Assembly (NCBI GenBank): GCA_951406725.2
Contig: OX597831.1
Location: 15,438,001 to 15,502,000, forward strand
Source: Octopus vulgaris
Taxonomy: Eukaryota
Reading direction: 5' to 3'
DNA: 64,000 nucleotides
Shown: piece by piece, positions 1 through 30,639 of the stretch
Numbering within the stretch: the stretch's first letter is position 1
Layout of the letters: every line of letters starts with the position of its first letter
The notes under the pieces: generated by a model
The model's database searches: none
Seen by the model: only the letters and a program-made list of their open reading frames with translations
What the model was told of the DNA's origin: nothing
Translations under genes and position numbers: made by a program

Positions 1-342
1 ACGTCCCCTGCCCAATTCAAGATCACAGCATACTTATACACTACAACATAATTTCTTTTCCTCAACAGGCCCTGCCATATTTAACATTGTCCCGATAGAG
101 ATCAAAGAGGAACAGGATCCCATCAACTTTAAACGGAGTCTGGATAGATTCCTTCAAAGAATACCAGATAAGCCACCCATAATTGGATACAACTCACCCA
201 ACAAAAACTCACTACTTGAATGAACCATAAGCAAAACTTGACTTAAACAGGATTCAAATAATCCTATCAGGTGGTGCTATTAAGTTAGACATGGCCTGGA
301 TCAATCATTGGTCGAAATACATCTAAGTTTATCTGAGTTTAT
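1..342 (+). mobile_element. 3' end of a CR1-type LINE, same family as 60236-61727
   Basis: Closely matches ~61354-61727, including ...gttagacatggcctgga...ggtcgaaa and the (tatctaagttt)-type tail. Confidence 0.85.
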
Positions 343-540
343 ATAATCCAATAAAAATGGTAAATAATTTTTCAGTGGTTTTTCATACAACCAACAATTA
401 TTTACCGGTAAATTTCGGTATGTAAATATGACAATTTCAGCGTCAGGAACTTCTGTAAAGTTCAGTATATAGTAAAAATAATTGAAAGGGCGGGTATGCG
501 GCGAAGCAGCCTGTTGCCCGCCCTTTTAATCATTTTTATG

Positions 541-578
<38 letters not shown>

Positions 579-579
579 T

Positions 580-800
580 ACTCTTTTACTCTTTTACTTG
601 TTTCAGTCATTTGACTGCGGCCATGCTGGAGCACCGCCTTTAGTCGAGCAATCGACTCCGGGACTTATTATTTGTAAGCCCAGGACTTATTCTATCGGTC
701 TCTTTTGCCGAACCGCTAAGTGACGGGGACGTAAACACACTAGCATCGGTTGTCAAGCAATGCTAGGGGGACAAAAACAGACACAGAAACACACACCTAC
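580..800 (-). mobile_element. tRNA-derived SINE (octopus-type), 3' half
   Basis: ctcttttactcttttacttgtttcagtcatttgactgcggccatgctggagcaccgcc... also occurs at ~2862 and ~20453 and, degenerate, in every tandem unit. Confidence 0.8.
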
Positions 801-921
801 ACACATATATATATATATATATAACGGGAAGCTTTATGAAAATAGACAAAAGACGAAGGCAGGTGGAAAACAAACGAACAATTGTATTAGTATGGCGCTC
901 AGGAAATATAAATAAAACAAG

Positions 922-959
922 TCTTTAACGTTTCGAGCCTACGCTCTTCAACAGAAAGA
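922..959 (-). ncRNA. Degenerate minimal hammerhead ribozyme motif in a Penelope-type terminal repeat fragment
   Basis: Minus strand reads tcttt CUGUUGA a gagc gtag gctc GAAAC GUU aaaga. Stem I tcttt/aaaga and stem II gagc/gctc are intact. The core deviates from CUGANGA at one base. Confidence 0.5.
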
Positions 960-1443
960 TACACAGAGAGAAAAAAAAACACAGAAAGAAGGAGAGAAAA
1001 ATGCGTGCAGTAGCTAACGAATCAACATGGCGATCTGATATATATATATATATATATCCTATTTCATGTTTAATTTGTTTTAACCATTAGATCGTGGCCA
1101 TGCTGGGGTACCGCCTAGACGCATTTTAGTCAAGCGAAGTGACACCAGTACTTATCTCTTTTAAGCCTAGCATATAAGACATCGATCTCTATGATCGAGC
1201 CGCTAAGTCGATGGAAGCTAAACACGTGAACACTGGTTGTGAAACGGAGGTGGGTTAAGAATACAGGTGTGAAAACACACCTATGCATGTACACACACAC
1301 ACTCCCCCCTCTCTCTCTCAAACACACATACCGACATACATACTTACATCAATTTTCGGTCATTTGTTGGTATTCAAAAATTGGCACTTCAAATCGGAGA
1401 ATATGTATTTGTATATTTTTATACAGTTATATATATATATATA

Positions 1444-1538
<95 letters not shown>

Positions 1539-1539
<1 letters not shown>

Positions 1540-1721
1540 CAAACTAAGGTTATAGAACAAACAACTGCAAGGTCATCCGCATAGCATTTCATAATTCGAA
1601 CATTTAATCATAGAATATACATATAAACATCCCGCAAGATGGAACGTAATTCATCTGCACAAGCAGACTAGCATATAATAATAATAATAAGGTGCGAGAA
1701 AAAATTCTAGAGTTAATATTT

Positions 1722-1772
<51 letters not shown>

Positions 1773-1903
1773 TATATATTTTTATATACCTATATATTTT
1801 TTATATATTACTCATATTATATTTTTACTTTCTACGTCTTTTTAAAAAAAATGTATTTTTTCTGAATCGCTAAAATATTAACTCTAGAATTTTTTCTCGC
1901 ACC

Positions 1904-1996
<93 letters not shown>

Positions 1997-2130
1997 GCTT
2001 GTATGCTTGTACAGATGAATTATGTTCCATCTTGCGGGATGTTTATATGTATATTCTATGATTAAATGTTCGAATTATGAAATGATATGCGGATGAATTT
2101 GCATTTGTTTGTTCAATAACTTAAATTTGA
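1539..2130. repeat. Foldback element with long inverted arms (~1539-1722 and ~1871-2130) around a (TA)n spacer
   Basis: catcccgcaagatggaac...ggtgcgagaaaaaattctagagttaatatttta is the reverse complement of taaaatattaactctagaattttttctcgcacc...gttccatcttgcgggatg. The right arm has an expanded (ATT)n. Confidence 0.85.
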
Positions 2131-2861
2131 TATTTTGTTTCTTTCAATAGAGCACTTCTATAGCAGTCCTATTAATCCTTTTGTTCCTGACAAGAAACAA
2201 TCAGTGTATTATTAATATATATATATATATATATACACCAATTTCACAAATGATAAAGGCTAATTCCAAAACTACCTTATAAAAGATAATAAATTAACTC
2301 TCATAATTTCAAAAACTTAAAGTGAATTTGATTCAAGTATAATTAATCAGTTATTTAATCCTTTCTCATGAATGACGGGTAATATTTTAATGTGAGTATG
2401 GAGTTTTAATTGTCCGTGATATTTGAGAACATATAATGTTGGCTTAAAATATATTTAAATCCATGAAATTTAATGCATTTTATTCCTTCCGAACTTAAAA
2501 TATATATCACATGTAATTATTGTCTTTAAATTATTCAGAATAGTTTCTATCATAATTAAAAATTAAATGCAGAAATCAGCCCGACAATTATGCAAGCTAG
2601 TCGTGAATTTAAATGTAGTTTTCTGATGAATCTCAGCGCAGCTTGAGATAGTTTTGAAAGAATTTCGTGAGATGTTCACATGATTTTAGGACTCGTTCCA
2701 TTATATTATTCTTATGTAAACATATTTGAAATGTTTAATTGTAGATACACATTTATTCAAAAGCAGCTGAAACAGTTTTCACAGCTATTAACGCATATTA
2801 CTTCGTTTCCAAGTGAGAAGCAAATTCTTTTGACTCCAATAACTTTTCGGATATTCTTTTA

Positions 2862-3130
2862 TTCTTTTACTGCTTTACTTGTTTCAGTCATTGACTGTGG
2901 CAAGGCTGGAGCACCGACTTTACTTGAGCAAATCGACCCCAGGACTTATTCTTCGGAAGCCTAGTACTTATTCTATCGGTCTGTTTTGCTGAACCGCTAC
3001 GTTACGGGGACGTAAACACACCAGCATCGGTAGTCAAGCGATGTTGGGGGGACAAACACAGCAAACAGACATATACACACAAATACATATATACGTACAC
3101 ACACACACACACACACATATATATACATAC

Positions 3131-3176
<46 letters not shown>

Positions 3177-3335
3177 GACGGGCTTCTTTCAGTTTCCGTG
3201 TACCAAATCCACTCACAAGGCTTTGTTTGGACCGAGGCTATAGTAGAAGACGCTTGCACACGATGCTACGCAGTAGGAATGAACCCGGAACTATGTAATT
3301 GGCAAGCAAGCTATTTACCACTCAGCCACTCCTGC
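2862..3335 (-). mobile_element. Near full-length tRNA-derived SINE
   Basis: Minus-strand head gcaggagtggctgagtggtaa...gttccgggttcattcc resembles A/B boxes. Internal (TA)n/(CA)n and the same tail as 580-800. Confidence 0.8.
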
Positions 3336-4524
3336 TACTTAAAAAGAAATCAAAGATCATGGACACTTGTAGTATATGAATACCGGAAAATATTTTTTAC
3401 ACAGTAAGTGTTATACGAGGGAGATCGAATGTTGCACATCTTATTACTACATTTTATTGTTAACTCATAAATTATGTTTTTTGTTTTGTGAATTCTCTTT
3501 CACTCCTCTGCAAGCATCGTATGCACCACCACAGATCATGTTTCAGGATTCCTTAAAGATGAAGTGACCCGATACGATATTAAATCAAAGTTCATAAAGC
3601 GGCCGAAATGCTATATCAACGAGGGTGGACGCTGCAATCCATATATGCCTGAGCCATTAAGCATCCTCATAGACTCCGCGGACCCAGTATTATTAAATTC
3701 CTGGCATGACATTTATAATCCCTGCCCCTATGTCAACGCTACCTGCTGCAAATATGCGATTACACATTAGAAGCAACCAAATGCGGATTTCCATGTTCGG
3801 TATTTTAGCCCATACGGACTGACAACGGAACTGGTCTAAGGGATATAACTCATCCTCGTCTACCCGAAAGGTTTAATATTTGGTTTAATCTCTGTTTACT
3901 AACTAACTGTAACTGATTTCTTCATCCATGGTTTGAAGAGGTATATGCCCTTCGCCATTAGAGCCTGAAGAGTAATCCGTAGAGGTAGGCGCTTCATGGA
4001 GGTGAGACCATTGGTCATTTTATGATAAGGCATCTAACTAAAAGCATATGAGTACATTACTGCTTTATACTTTAGAGCGTGCATCTTCTTCGAATATATG
4101 ACACACTGACAAGGTGTGTGTGCGCGTGTGTATGTGTGTGTGTATATATATGTGTGTGTGTGTTTTCTTGCTAAATTTCATAGTTTGCAATTTTAGGTAT
4201 TGGAAGAGAAAACGCAATATCCGAACTAAAGTTAGGAATATGAAAATTAAAAACAGAGAACTTATCAACGAGATTATATCTGGGAAATACTTGTTTTCTC
4301 GTGTTCGTCGGCCTCAAGAAGGTGCCGTAAGGTGGTAAATGCGTTCCTGAATCTCTTTCTAGGAGGATCTTCGGACACCTTCTTGATCTTTGCCAACAGC
4401 TCGGACATGGAGTTCCAGGAAGTGCGGTTGGGACCGAAACCCATACATGGGTCAGACAATATGGGGTCTATATCTAGCATAATAGATTCCACTTAATTGT
4501 CATCCCTCTTATACATATATATGC

Positions 4525-4555
<31 letters not shown>

Positions 4556-4557
4556 TG

Positions 4558-4668
<111 letters not shown>

Positions 4669-4991
4669 CTATGTAAGAATGATACCGAGTACATGATACT
4701 TGCTAGAGAGGAGAGTCAAAATACTCAACTTATTCACTAATTTCACTGAAAATACGCAACGGACCAACATATATCGGGCAAACGAGCAGAATTGAATGTA
4801 CTATCTGAGCTAAAATCTGTAGAATGTGGTAATATATATACCTGGAACATGATTTCGAATGCTGGCAACTGCCTTCATTCTCGTCAGCATTTCGTTGGAA
4901 TCTGCTACGTTTTGAAGGCCCCCCTCTTCAAATTCAAAATAATTTCAGTGCATAATATATGGATATAATTACAAATATAAATACATATACA

Positions 4992-5070
<79 letters not shown>

Positions 5071-5097
5071 ATATATTTATCTCTCTCTCTCTCTATG

Positions 5098-5134
<37 letters not shown>

Positions 5135-5135
5135 G

Positions 5136-5269
<134 letters not shown>

Positions 5270-6659
5270 GAGAGAGAGAGAGAGATAGGGAGAGAGAGAT
5301 ATCCAGTGTAAGTTTGAATGAGCATAATATCCATACGATATTATTTTATGTCCCGCTAGTTTTAACAATAGCCTGGCAAGAAGACGACAACAAATATGAT
5401 AAATGATGAAAGGTGATGATTATTTCTTTCCATACCGGGACATATTTGCCAATTCTCGTAATGAAATCGTGAGACAAATGTCTTAAAACATGTTTGAATA
5501 AGGATGGGCAAAGGCAATATTAATTAATAGTGGTAAAGACTCAGCAGACGTCGTAGTGCTTGCTTGTTCAATTAATCAGATCATGTTAGAGTTATTACAA
5601 AAAATAGAGCTGTTTTATGTATGGTCGGAACTGAACATCAACAAAATATTGCGATCGGGTGAAACAATGAATATAAAATGTGTACTCCAGTACTATTCTA
5701 GCATTTAACGTAGGATAGTCTATGCCTTGAAGAGTGCTTCATTTTCTGAGTCTGATATCAATAAGAGCATTGATTTCAACTTATGGTGTCAGTAATTTCG
5801 GCCCCGAAAGTTTTAAGGACAAAATTGTCCTCGGCGGAATTAGATCTCTGAACATGAAGACGGACGAAATGTCCGGATGTAGTTCAACCGGCGTGCCAAC
5901 GAATCTGTAAATATCTCCACCTTAAAAGAAATAAATTGAAATACTGCTATCAAAATTGCGTACAAAGACAGTAATATCGTGGGGGTGGTGCGTCGATATT
6001 GTCGACCCCAGCTTTCAATTGGTACTTACTTTAACAACCCCAAGATAATGAAAGAGTAAGACAATCTTGGTGAAATTTGAACTCAGAATGTTTAGTCAGA
6101 AGAAATGGTGCTAAGCATTTGTTTCCCGCTCGATAACGAATTTTTCAAGCTTTTAGCCCTGAAATCTTTTAAAATATAACAAATATTTTAATGAAACACG
6201 TTTTACAAGAAAGTCGATTATAATTATGAATTTTGTCGTAATTATTTCAATGCAAATACTATTATAGTTACATTCTTAATTTTAGGTCAGCAGTATATTA
6301 TCATTTTAATGATAAATTACATCATAGGGATATGCTATCTTTGTTTTTTAGAATCAGGATAATCGTTTTTTATTGATTTTCTCCTCCATAGACGGGAAGG
6401 ATATAAATAAAGCGATAATGACTGGAGAAGCGATAAGAAATCGCTTTATTTATACACTTATATATATATTATTTATATAATTCCAGCCTTCTGCGAACAT
6501 AACCATATCTCACTACTACTATTTGCTGCATTCTGTTTGGGAATTTACCATTCAGGGCCTTCTATTGCCAGTCATCTGTTTATTTTTTTAGATTTTTAAA
6601 GTTCGTTTGTTGTTTTGGTTTCTTTATATCTTCATGTTGGCGAATATGATTGTGGTCGA

Positions 6660-7270
6660 TGGTAAGAACATTTCAAGAGAATTTTCTGCTACGTTTTTCA
6701 ACCCAGCGTCGATATAACATTTGTCCTGACAGTAAAAGCTAATTCTCCTCACATTTCAAACGAAATCTTCTCAACCAAAATGTTCCTTTGTCTCCGAGAA
6801 AGATGAAATCATTTGTCTTCAGGATCGGAATTTCCACTTTTTCAAATTTCATTAAACAGTTACACAACCAGTTCAAAGGATTATAAGAAGAGCATACATT
6901 TTCAATCACACTGAACATTTCCTTAATGTCTCCATCGAACAATATTAATTTTGAATAATAGTGTTCACTAGTAGCATCCAGACACAATAACAGTAGATCG
7001 ACAGATCTTGCCGAACGTTTTGCTTCAAACGACTGCAATTTTGTAAAAGACTTGAAAGTGCATATTCTCAGAAAATATTCAGAATCTACTTCACTTTCTC
7101 TTCTCAAAATGTATGGGCAGAAATATGTCTGCGGGTTATAAATATCTGGGGGAATGAATAAAATGACAGGAGAATCTGATCAAATTTGTACAAAAGAATT
7201 TGATTAAATATTCTTCTATTTCCTTTTCCCTTTCGTCTTTTTTCTGTCTTTTTGTTTTCGTTTGTTTTTA
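6660..7270 (-). mobile_element. Degenerate coding remnant, probably retroelement-derived, duplicated at ~26970-27600
   Basis: Minus-strand ORFs 6739-7107 and 27276-27566 share RRESEVDSEYF.RICTFKSFTKLQSFEAKRSA.SVDLLLLCLDATSEHYYSK. The family is not securely identified. Confidence 0.45.
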
Positions 7271-7337
7271 ATTTGTCAAATGTCCCATAGTAAATTAATT
7301 ATGCATGCCAACCAAATCATTATATATGTTTTCAGAT

Positions 7338-7373
7338 TATAATTTACAACGTCACATACTACAAATGTCATTC
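7338..7373 (+). promoter_or_regulatory. Putative TATA + initiator core promoter of copy 1, conserved in all six copies
   Basis: TATAAT at 7338 and TCATTC (fits the invertebrate Inr TCAKTY, +1 A at 7370) 32 nt later. The same pair starts at 30502, 36657, 42998, 49938 and 56021. Alternative reading: the ttcag just upstream (7331-7335) is a splice acceptor after an unseen 5' UTR exon. Confidence 0.45.
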
Positions 7374-7475
7374 GTCCTTGTAGTTCAAGAACATCTGTTA
7401 CACCAGAGTCCATCATACGATTTCAAATAATAATTTAATTGGTTACAACAGCACTAAACGTTTAGTTCAAGAAAA

Positions 7476-23012
<15,537 letters not shown>

Positions 23013-24169
23013 AATCATCCATTTTGTACCCACTTCGATGGTTGGGTTCCAATCAATAAATATGAATATAGATTTGACACCGGAAAAATTTGAAAAGGAG
23101 AAAAAAGGTTTAAGTAAATAAATGAATTTATGCGCATCATATCGTTTGGTTGTTTTTTCGTATTTGTAGATCATTGAACGAAGGACCTATATGCAAAACC
23201 AGATGATAAACAAGCTGTACTACACAACAGAAGGTGCCTCCATTTCTGCCCTTCCTACATGCAAGGAGATAAGCATACATCCAGAAGGACACGTGTCACT
23301 CGGCCCGTTCATGTTTTCGTAATCAATTGTTCGGTGGGGAGAGGCATGGCAATAGATAAATATACAAATAACACAATGGCCCTTTAAGTATGAGAAACAA
23401 GCTGCATGGACTCCACATCGACTGAATAAAGTACACAATCGCTACCACTAATTCTGGTAAGAGCAACAAAAGAGAAATCAAACTGGAAACAGCAATAATC
23501 GCACAAGTGAAAAATTAGTAAATATACACCCAGCGGACGAAGTACTGAAGAGAGACACTCTCCTCTTCGATTAAGCTCTCATCGTCTTTCTAAAACCTAC
23601 AGGAAAAAAATTGTGTTGAGACAAAGTTGCTAAACTCAAACCCTTTGAATTAGTTGAAACTTGGTGATTAAAGAGAGAACGATCAAGGTTAGTGGGCCAA
23701 ACTTATGTTGGCTCCTAGAGGACAGAGATATCGGTTAAAGGATGGCCGTCTTTATTTTGTACCCTTGACGGTCGGAGTAAGCCAGGATCTGTTGGGTTCT
23801 TTTGTTACTTTGAGAGGTACCCGTTCCTTTCGGGATAATGTTGATGACATTAGTTTTATTTTGTTAATTGTCATTGTGTTTATAATCTACAATACACTTT
23901 AAAAAAAAATTTGGTCTTGTCTTTGTATCATACTATATGCTATCCTCGCCTGTAATGGCTGATGAAGGACTACTACTACTACTACTACTACCACCACAAC
24001 CACCACTACTACTACTTATATACATGCATATAATTCTTCTGTTTACCCAATATCGTGGTGATATTCTTTTGTTGTTATATATATATATATATATACTTTA
24101 TTTTAAAGCAGCAAAAATTCAACAAAACCTGTTACTCGGAGTTTCACGTTCCCGTTCGTCGGACAGTTT

Positions 24170-24228
<59 letters not shown>

Positions 24229-24791
24229 AGGTATAGCTATCCGTTTTCTGTACACATGCAGTTTTATTCTGTATTATAAAACTCCTGAATGAGGCGCATA
24301 TCCGTAAAATCCTCCATCTTTGCATTCTCTCCTTGTATACATGCATATATACCCATGTATATGCACACATAGAGAAGAATAGACTTGGCTAGGAGCAGGC
24401 ATCAACTGTTTCCAACAGTAGATAATACTGATAGAATATTCCAAATGCTATCAAGGGAAATGTTTTTCAGCATACGTTATTACTCCTCTCGATATATGAA
24501 TACAGTATAATTTATCGTAAACTCTGGTTTTCTTTTCAATAGGCTTTGTTACGTTAGATTTAGACAAGAACATGAGTGATTCCACTGGGTATCTTCACCA
24601 CATTCCAGGTTACGTTCAGATTGCCTACGGCTATTTATTAATACATCTTATTTCATAACAAGTGGTATGATGAAACTATTAATATAGCAAAAGCCTGAAG
24701 CTTAGGAAGTGATCTGTATGCTTAGTGAAAATGTTATTGCTAACTTATTGTTTATGATGACTTAATACATAAGAACGGTATTAAAATCGTT

Positions 24792-24839
<48 letters not shown>

Positions 24840-25139
24840 ATGTGAGTGTGTGTGTATGTGTGTGTGTGTGTATTTATTTATAATAATAAGGGTTTTTTGC
24901 AACAAGTTGCTTAAACCACATACCGAAAATATGAGAAATAGCAGTCAAAGGGTTACTATTTCTTTGACTACAAAAATAAGTCTCCACAAACAACAGTATT
25001 TGTAACTCACATATGGCAAAAGAAGAAGGACAACAACGAAACCACACAGTCTCCGGATTAATCATGGATGTACGTTTCTGAATTTATCTGTATAAATATA
25101 TATATATATATATATGTGTGTATATATATATATATGTTT

Positions 25140-25222
<83 letters not shown>

Positions 25223-25232
25223 CATATATATA

Positions 25233-25263
<31 letters not shown>

Positions 25264-25362
25264 ACATATATAATAGAAGAAATGAGGTAATCAGAAGATC
25301 GGATGGTTTATATTTACAGATATTTATTTATATATTACATATTTTACATATATATCATATCA

Positions 25363-25443
<81 letters not shown>

Positions 25444-25501
25444 AGAAAAAATTACTTCTTATCAATTCAATATTGAATTGATAAGAGGTGTTTTTTACCT
25501 G

Positions 25502-25556
<55 letters not shown>

Positions 25557-25573
25557 CATATATGTATATATAT

Positions 25574-25629
<56 letters not shown>

Positions 25630-25956
25630 AAGGTTTGGAGATGACGTACAGGTATTATATATTAGAAGAAATGAGGTAATGAGAAGATTGGATGGTTTAT
25701 ATTTACAGATATTTATTTATATATTACATTTTTATATATATATCACTTAGATCATTAGCTCTTTCGCCCATTCTAGTGGGGTTTTCAAATCAAAATATGT
25801 TCCTTTGTGGGGAATTTTAATCATCTTATAGAGTTTCGTAGTGGTGTGGAGGAATATAAGACAGTACAAGAGAGTGTGGTGGATGAGGAGAAAGTGAGAG
25901 AGGGAATATGTGTGTATGTGTATGTGTGTGTCTGTGTGTGTTTGTATCTGAGGTGA

Positions 25957-26350
25957 GTGCTAAAGAGAAAGAGGGGCGAAGAAGGAAAGAATTGTCTTGG
26001 GTCTGCTGGACAGAATATTGACTCCAACTATTACATCGGGTCTACTATTAATTTCAAACAAAAGTATTCTTTAGATCTAAACACATTTAAATATGAGGAG
26101 TATAGCAAATCCACGTCCCTAGCCAACCACATAAAGCATCCGATAAATACGAAAGTACCGTATAGGATATCCTGGGCCATGATAGATTCTGTTTTCCCAT
26201 ACGAATTTCAGTGCTTCATGTGTGGACACTGCCTGAAACACCTCCAAATATTAATTCATAACTAACCACAATTACTCAATCAGCAACACAATACATTCTC
26301 TACAGGTAAGCAAAAATTCTATCGCACCTTTAGATTCTTCCATAGGTCTA
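25957..26350 (+). mobile_element. Decayed Penelope-like GIY-YIG remnant
   Basis: YYIGSTINFKQKY...FKYEEYSKSTSLANHI...ISWAMID...CGHCL, same motif order as the 12905 ORF. Confidence 0.65.
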
Positions 26351-27995
26351 AATGCCAGCAAAATCGACAGACATAGCACTTATCTATATGCGTCTACGAG
26401 CGTTACAATATATTTACGATTCGTTTTCCTTCTGTATCAATATAAGTATCTTAGAAGCTTGCTAGCTATAATAAAACATTTAGTTTTTCAATGTTTTAAT
26501 TTTTAAAAAATTCATTTAATTTAAACGAATTGTTCAAATCATCAGGGATGCAACTATCCCTGCTGAGATAGATTTGATCCACACTTTCCACAGTCCCTGT
26601 AATCCATTGGCTACGTCTCCATACTTTTCGTTGATTTCTATAACTCGCATATAAATATTTTGGTTCCTAATTTCTGAATGTAAAGTCAATTGTCTGGCAC
26701 TTTCTATTCTCTTTTTCTACTTCTACGAAATCAGGAGTTCTAGCTTCTATTAATGTGTCTGAATGTTAAAGTCGCAAACCATCTTATATTTCTAATTTTC
26801 TAGTACTTACTATGTTCATTCTCAAACCTCTTATGTATATGTTCAAATCCTAGCTTTCTACATAAACCCCAGTGGATAACACTCCATAGATTGTCATTTC
26901 CTTTCTTGTATTCTATTTGTGCCAGTATACTACATTCACTGAATATTTGAGTAACGCTTTTTTGGTCGATGCTAGGAAATTTTCAAAATAATTTTCTGCT
27001 ACGATTTTCAACCCAGTCTCAATATATTTATCAAATATCATTTGTCCTGGAAGTAAAAACTAATTCTCCTCACATTTCAAACGAAATCTTCTCAACCAAC
27101 ATGTTCCTTTTCCCATTGAATAAGAAAAATAGGAAATCAGCTTTTCCAGCTACTTCTTATTTTTTTTCATTTGTCTTAAGAATCGAAAATTCCATTGTTT
27201 TCAAATTTCATCAAGCAGTTACACAACCAGTTCAATCACACTGAAAATTTCCTTAATATCTCCAATGAACAATATTCATTTTGAATAATAATGTTCACTA
27301 GTAGCATCCAGACACAATAACAGTAGATCGACAGAACTTGCCGAACGTTTTGCTTCAAACGACTGCAATTTTGTAAAAGACTTGAAAGTGCATATTCTCT
27401 GAAAATATTCAGAATCTACTTCACTTTCTCTTCTCAAAATGTATGGGCAGAAATATGTCTGCGGGTTATAAATATCTGGGGGAATGAATAAAATGACAGG
27501 ATAAATTGTACGAAACAGTTTGATTAAATATTCATCTTTTTTCCCCTCTTTTCTTTCGGCTTTCATTCATTCACTTTTTCTGTCTTCCTGTTTTGGTTTG
27601 TTATAAAATTGAAATTTAAAGGCTGATGATGTCATTCCCTCAGCGTGTGTACGCTGGTTGCCCTCGTTCAAACATCAAATTTAAATTGTTATATTTTTGA
27701 ATTTGTATCGCTTCTTATTTTCAACTCGAGAAAGACAGCTTACTGTTAAAATATATTTTAACCAATAAAATATCTATTACCATCGCGCTCTTCGTATCGG
27801 GTGTTTAACTTTGTGAAGAGTAAGTAACGTCAATTGTGCCTTTTTCGTTTGTCCATTCACTGGTATATTTAACTCTATGTAAAACAGAAAAGACATCAAT
27901 AATAGATTATCCCATAGTTGAGTGCCTGTCTAACAACGTACAATTTCATTCAATGGTGCCCCAACCATGAATTGCCAATACAAACATATACATAC

Positions 27996-28166
27996 AGGCG
28001 CAGGTGTGTCTGTGAAGAGCAGGCGTTGCTGTAAGGCGTCGGCGTGGCTGCATGGTAGGAAACATTCGTCTAAAATTCCGGGTTCCGTCCCACTGAAATA
28101 TCCATTACTATGGCCTCGGGCCGACCAAATCCTGGTAAATGGTTATGGTAGGCTTATGGTACGCTC

Positions 28167-28218
<52 letters not shown>

Positions 28219-28347
28219 GAAATAAGGTACTCAGAAGATCGGATGGTATATATTTACAGATATTTATTTGTATATTATATTCTTTATATATACATATATA
28301 TCATATCACTTAGATCATTAGCGCTTTCTCCCATATATACCCATGTG

Positions 28348-28391
<44 letters not shown>

Positions 28392-28465
28392 CACACACAC
28401 ATTCCTGGGTCTGTATTTGTCCCCCCATCATTGCTTTACAACCAATGTTGTTGTGTTTACATCGT
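27996..28465 (+). mobile_element. Degenerate tRNA-derived SINE with a nested short repeat
   Basis: ggcgcaggtgtg...ttccgggttccgtcccactg...tatggcctcgggccgaccaaa matches the SINE family. The nested agaagaaat..ggta.tcagaagatcggatgg motif also occurs at ~25275 and ~25662. Confidence 0.6.
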
Positions 28466-29375
28466 ATGATAGTGGTGCGGTAAATGAATTGGCACATTTC
28501 CTCTCACGAGGCTTAAGCACACAGCTTGTAGTCACAAGATAACTATTTTATGTTTTATTATATTTTGTTTTTTGTCACCCACAATCCTTACTATGTCGCG
28601 TAGGTATCTATTCAGATAACGTTATATGAGGACGATTTCATGTTTTTACTGACTTTATTGAACATTGTTTCTAAATTATGGTAATAGATTATGGTTTCAT
28701 TATTATGTAGAACATTTCAATCATAATAACATAAAGAAGAAAAACATGATAACAAAATATAAATGGAAAAATAAAACAACTTAACCTGTCATATGATGTA
28801 AATAGAACTGAATATATTGACACTTAATGATGCTTATTTAAGGCCAGGTAGTACACACAAACACACACGCACACACACACATTCACACATAAGTATAAAT
28901 TGAGAAAAAGAAAATGCTTTCATAATTTTCAATTGGATAAAAGTGAAAAAGCATTTACATATCAAAATGTGCTTTCAGCTGCAATAATTTGAAAATGCTA
29001 TTTAATCTTGCTTGAAGTAAACCAAAACAATTAAGGCATCTGACAGAACACTAATCATTCGTGTGAGCCCTAAATATTCTCGTTCTGTTTTTTTCATCCC
29101 TACACATGTCATGCTATTTGTGTTGAACGAACTGAAGAAGTAAAGGAACACAGAGAACAAATATCAATTTATTGCAACAAATTGCACATTAATAAAAGTA
29201 ACAAAAAAGGTAATATAGGTCCGATGTAAAACAAGACTTTTGTGAAGGAACTTAAAGACGGCCTGTCGTGTGAATTTGTAGATAATTTGGAATACAATAC
29301 CAACGCACACAGATACGCACGCACACACACACACACACATATATATATGTGTATATATATATGTGTGTGTATATA

Positions 29376-29448
<73 letters not shown>

Positions 29449-30639
29449 AAATGTATGTGTGTGTGCCTACGTGTGTCTGTGCGTGTTTATGTAAATAAGT
29501 ATGTATGAATATTTATATGGCTGTGTATATCATGCAAGTTTAAATACATTTTGATGTTAAATATGTCAAAGTTGGTACTCTGGCGGCGTTGAACATTCCT
29601 CATGATCAATATTCATATAAATCACACACACGCACACACACACACAGAGCAGTAAAGCGCTCTATTATAATACAATTGTCCAGAAATTGAGTGGGAAGAA
29701 GTAGTTGACCACGTCAATCTCGTGGTTCAAGTGTGCTGAGTTATGCCCTGTAAAAAACGATGAAGGGCAATATCAACTCGGTGGCATTTACCTCACAACA
29801 TAAAGAGCCGTATGATATACAGCTAAGCATTTTCTCCGGCGTGGTAACGGCTGTGCCATGTCTCCGCCTTTATACATACATATTTCTAAGTCATTCTAGT
29901 TTTGGCACAAGGTTTGACGTTTTGAATGGGGGGAAGTATCAATGGCATTCAATTCCACTACTTGATTGAGATAATATTGTATTGATTTCGGAATCATGAA
30001 AGTTCAACTCGGTGTAATTTGACCTCATAACGTATAGATCTGGAGGAAATGCTGACAATTGTATAATTCTACGCGCTAACGTTTCTGCCATCCTGCAACA
30101 TCTACACATATATTAATTACGGTTTCCATTTTTTGGAAACTGGGTTAAGAACATATTGAGGAAAAAGTGGAGTAGTTGACCCCGGTCCAAGGAGAAAAAA
30201 TGCTATTTTATTGACCCCCAAAAGGATGAAAGGGTAAGTCAAGTAGCCTGAATTTGAAATCAGATCGATAAGACGGACGAAATGTCGCTAAGTAAGTTGT
30301 CCGGTGTGCTAACTATTCCCCCAGCTCGCCGCATACACCGGTTTAGAAAAAGTGACAGCAATTTACTTAACTATGCGTTCTGAATTTGAATTAGTTTCCG
30401 TACAAACATACTTTAGACATTCTAAAACGAATCAATTGGTCAAATGTCCCATAGCAATTTAATTATGCATGCCATCCAAATCATTATATATGTCTTCAGA
30501 TTATAATTTACAACGTCAAATACTACAAATGTCATTCGTCTTTGTAGTTCAAGAACATCTGTTACACCAGGGTCCATCATACGATTTCAAATAATAATTT
30601 AATTGGTTACAACAACACTAAACGTTTAGTTCAAGAAAA

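Noticed and set aside
3490-4500. GC-richer stretch with short ORFs (3564-3770, 4274-4492)
   Set aside because: No recognisable motif or consistent splice structure. It is probably an old TE fragment and cannot be supported as a gene.
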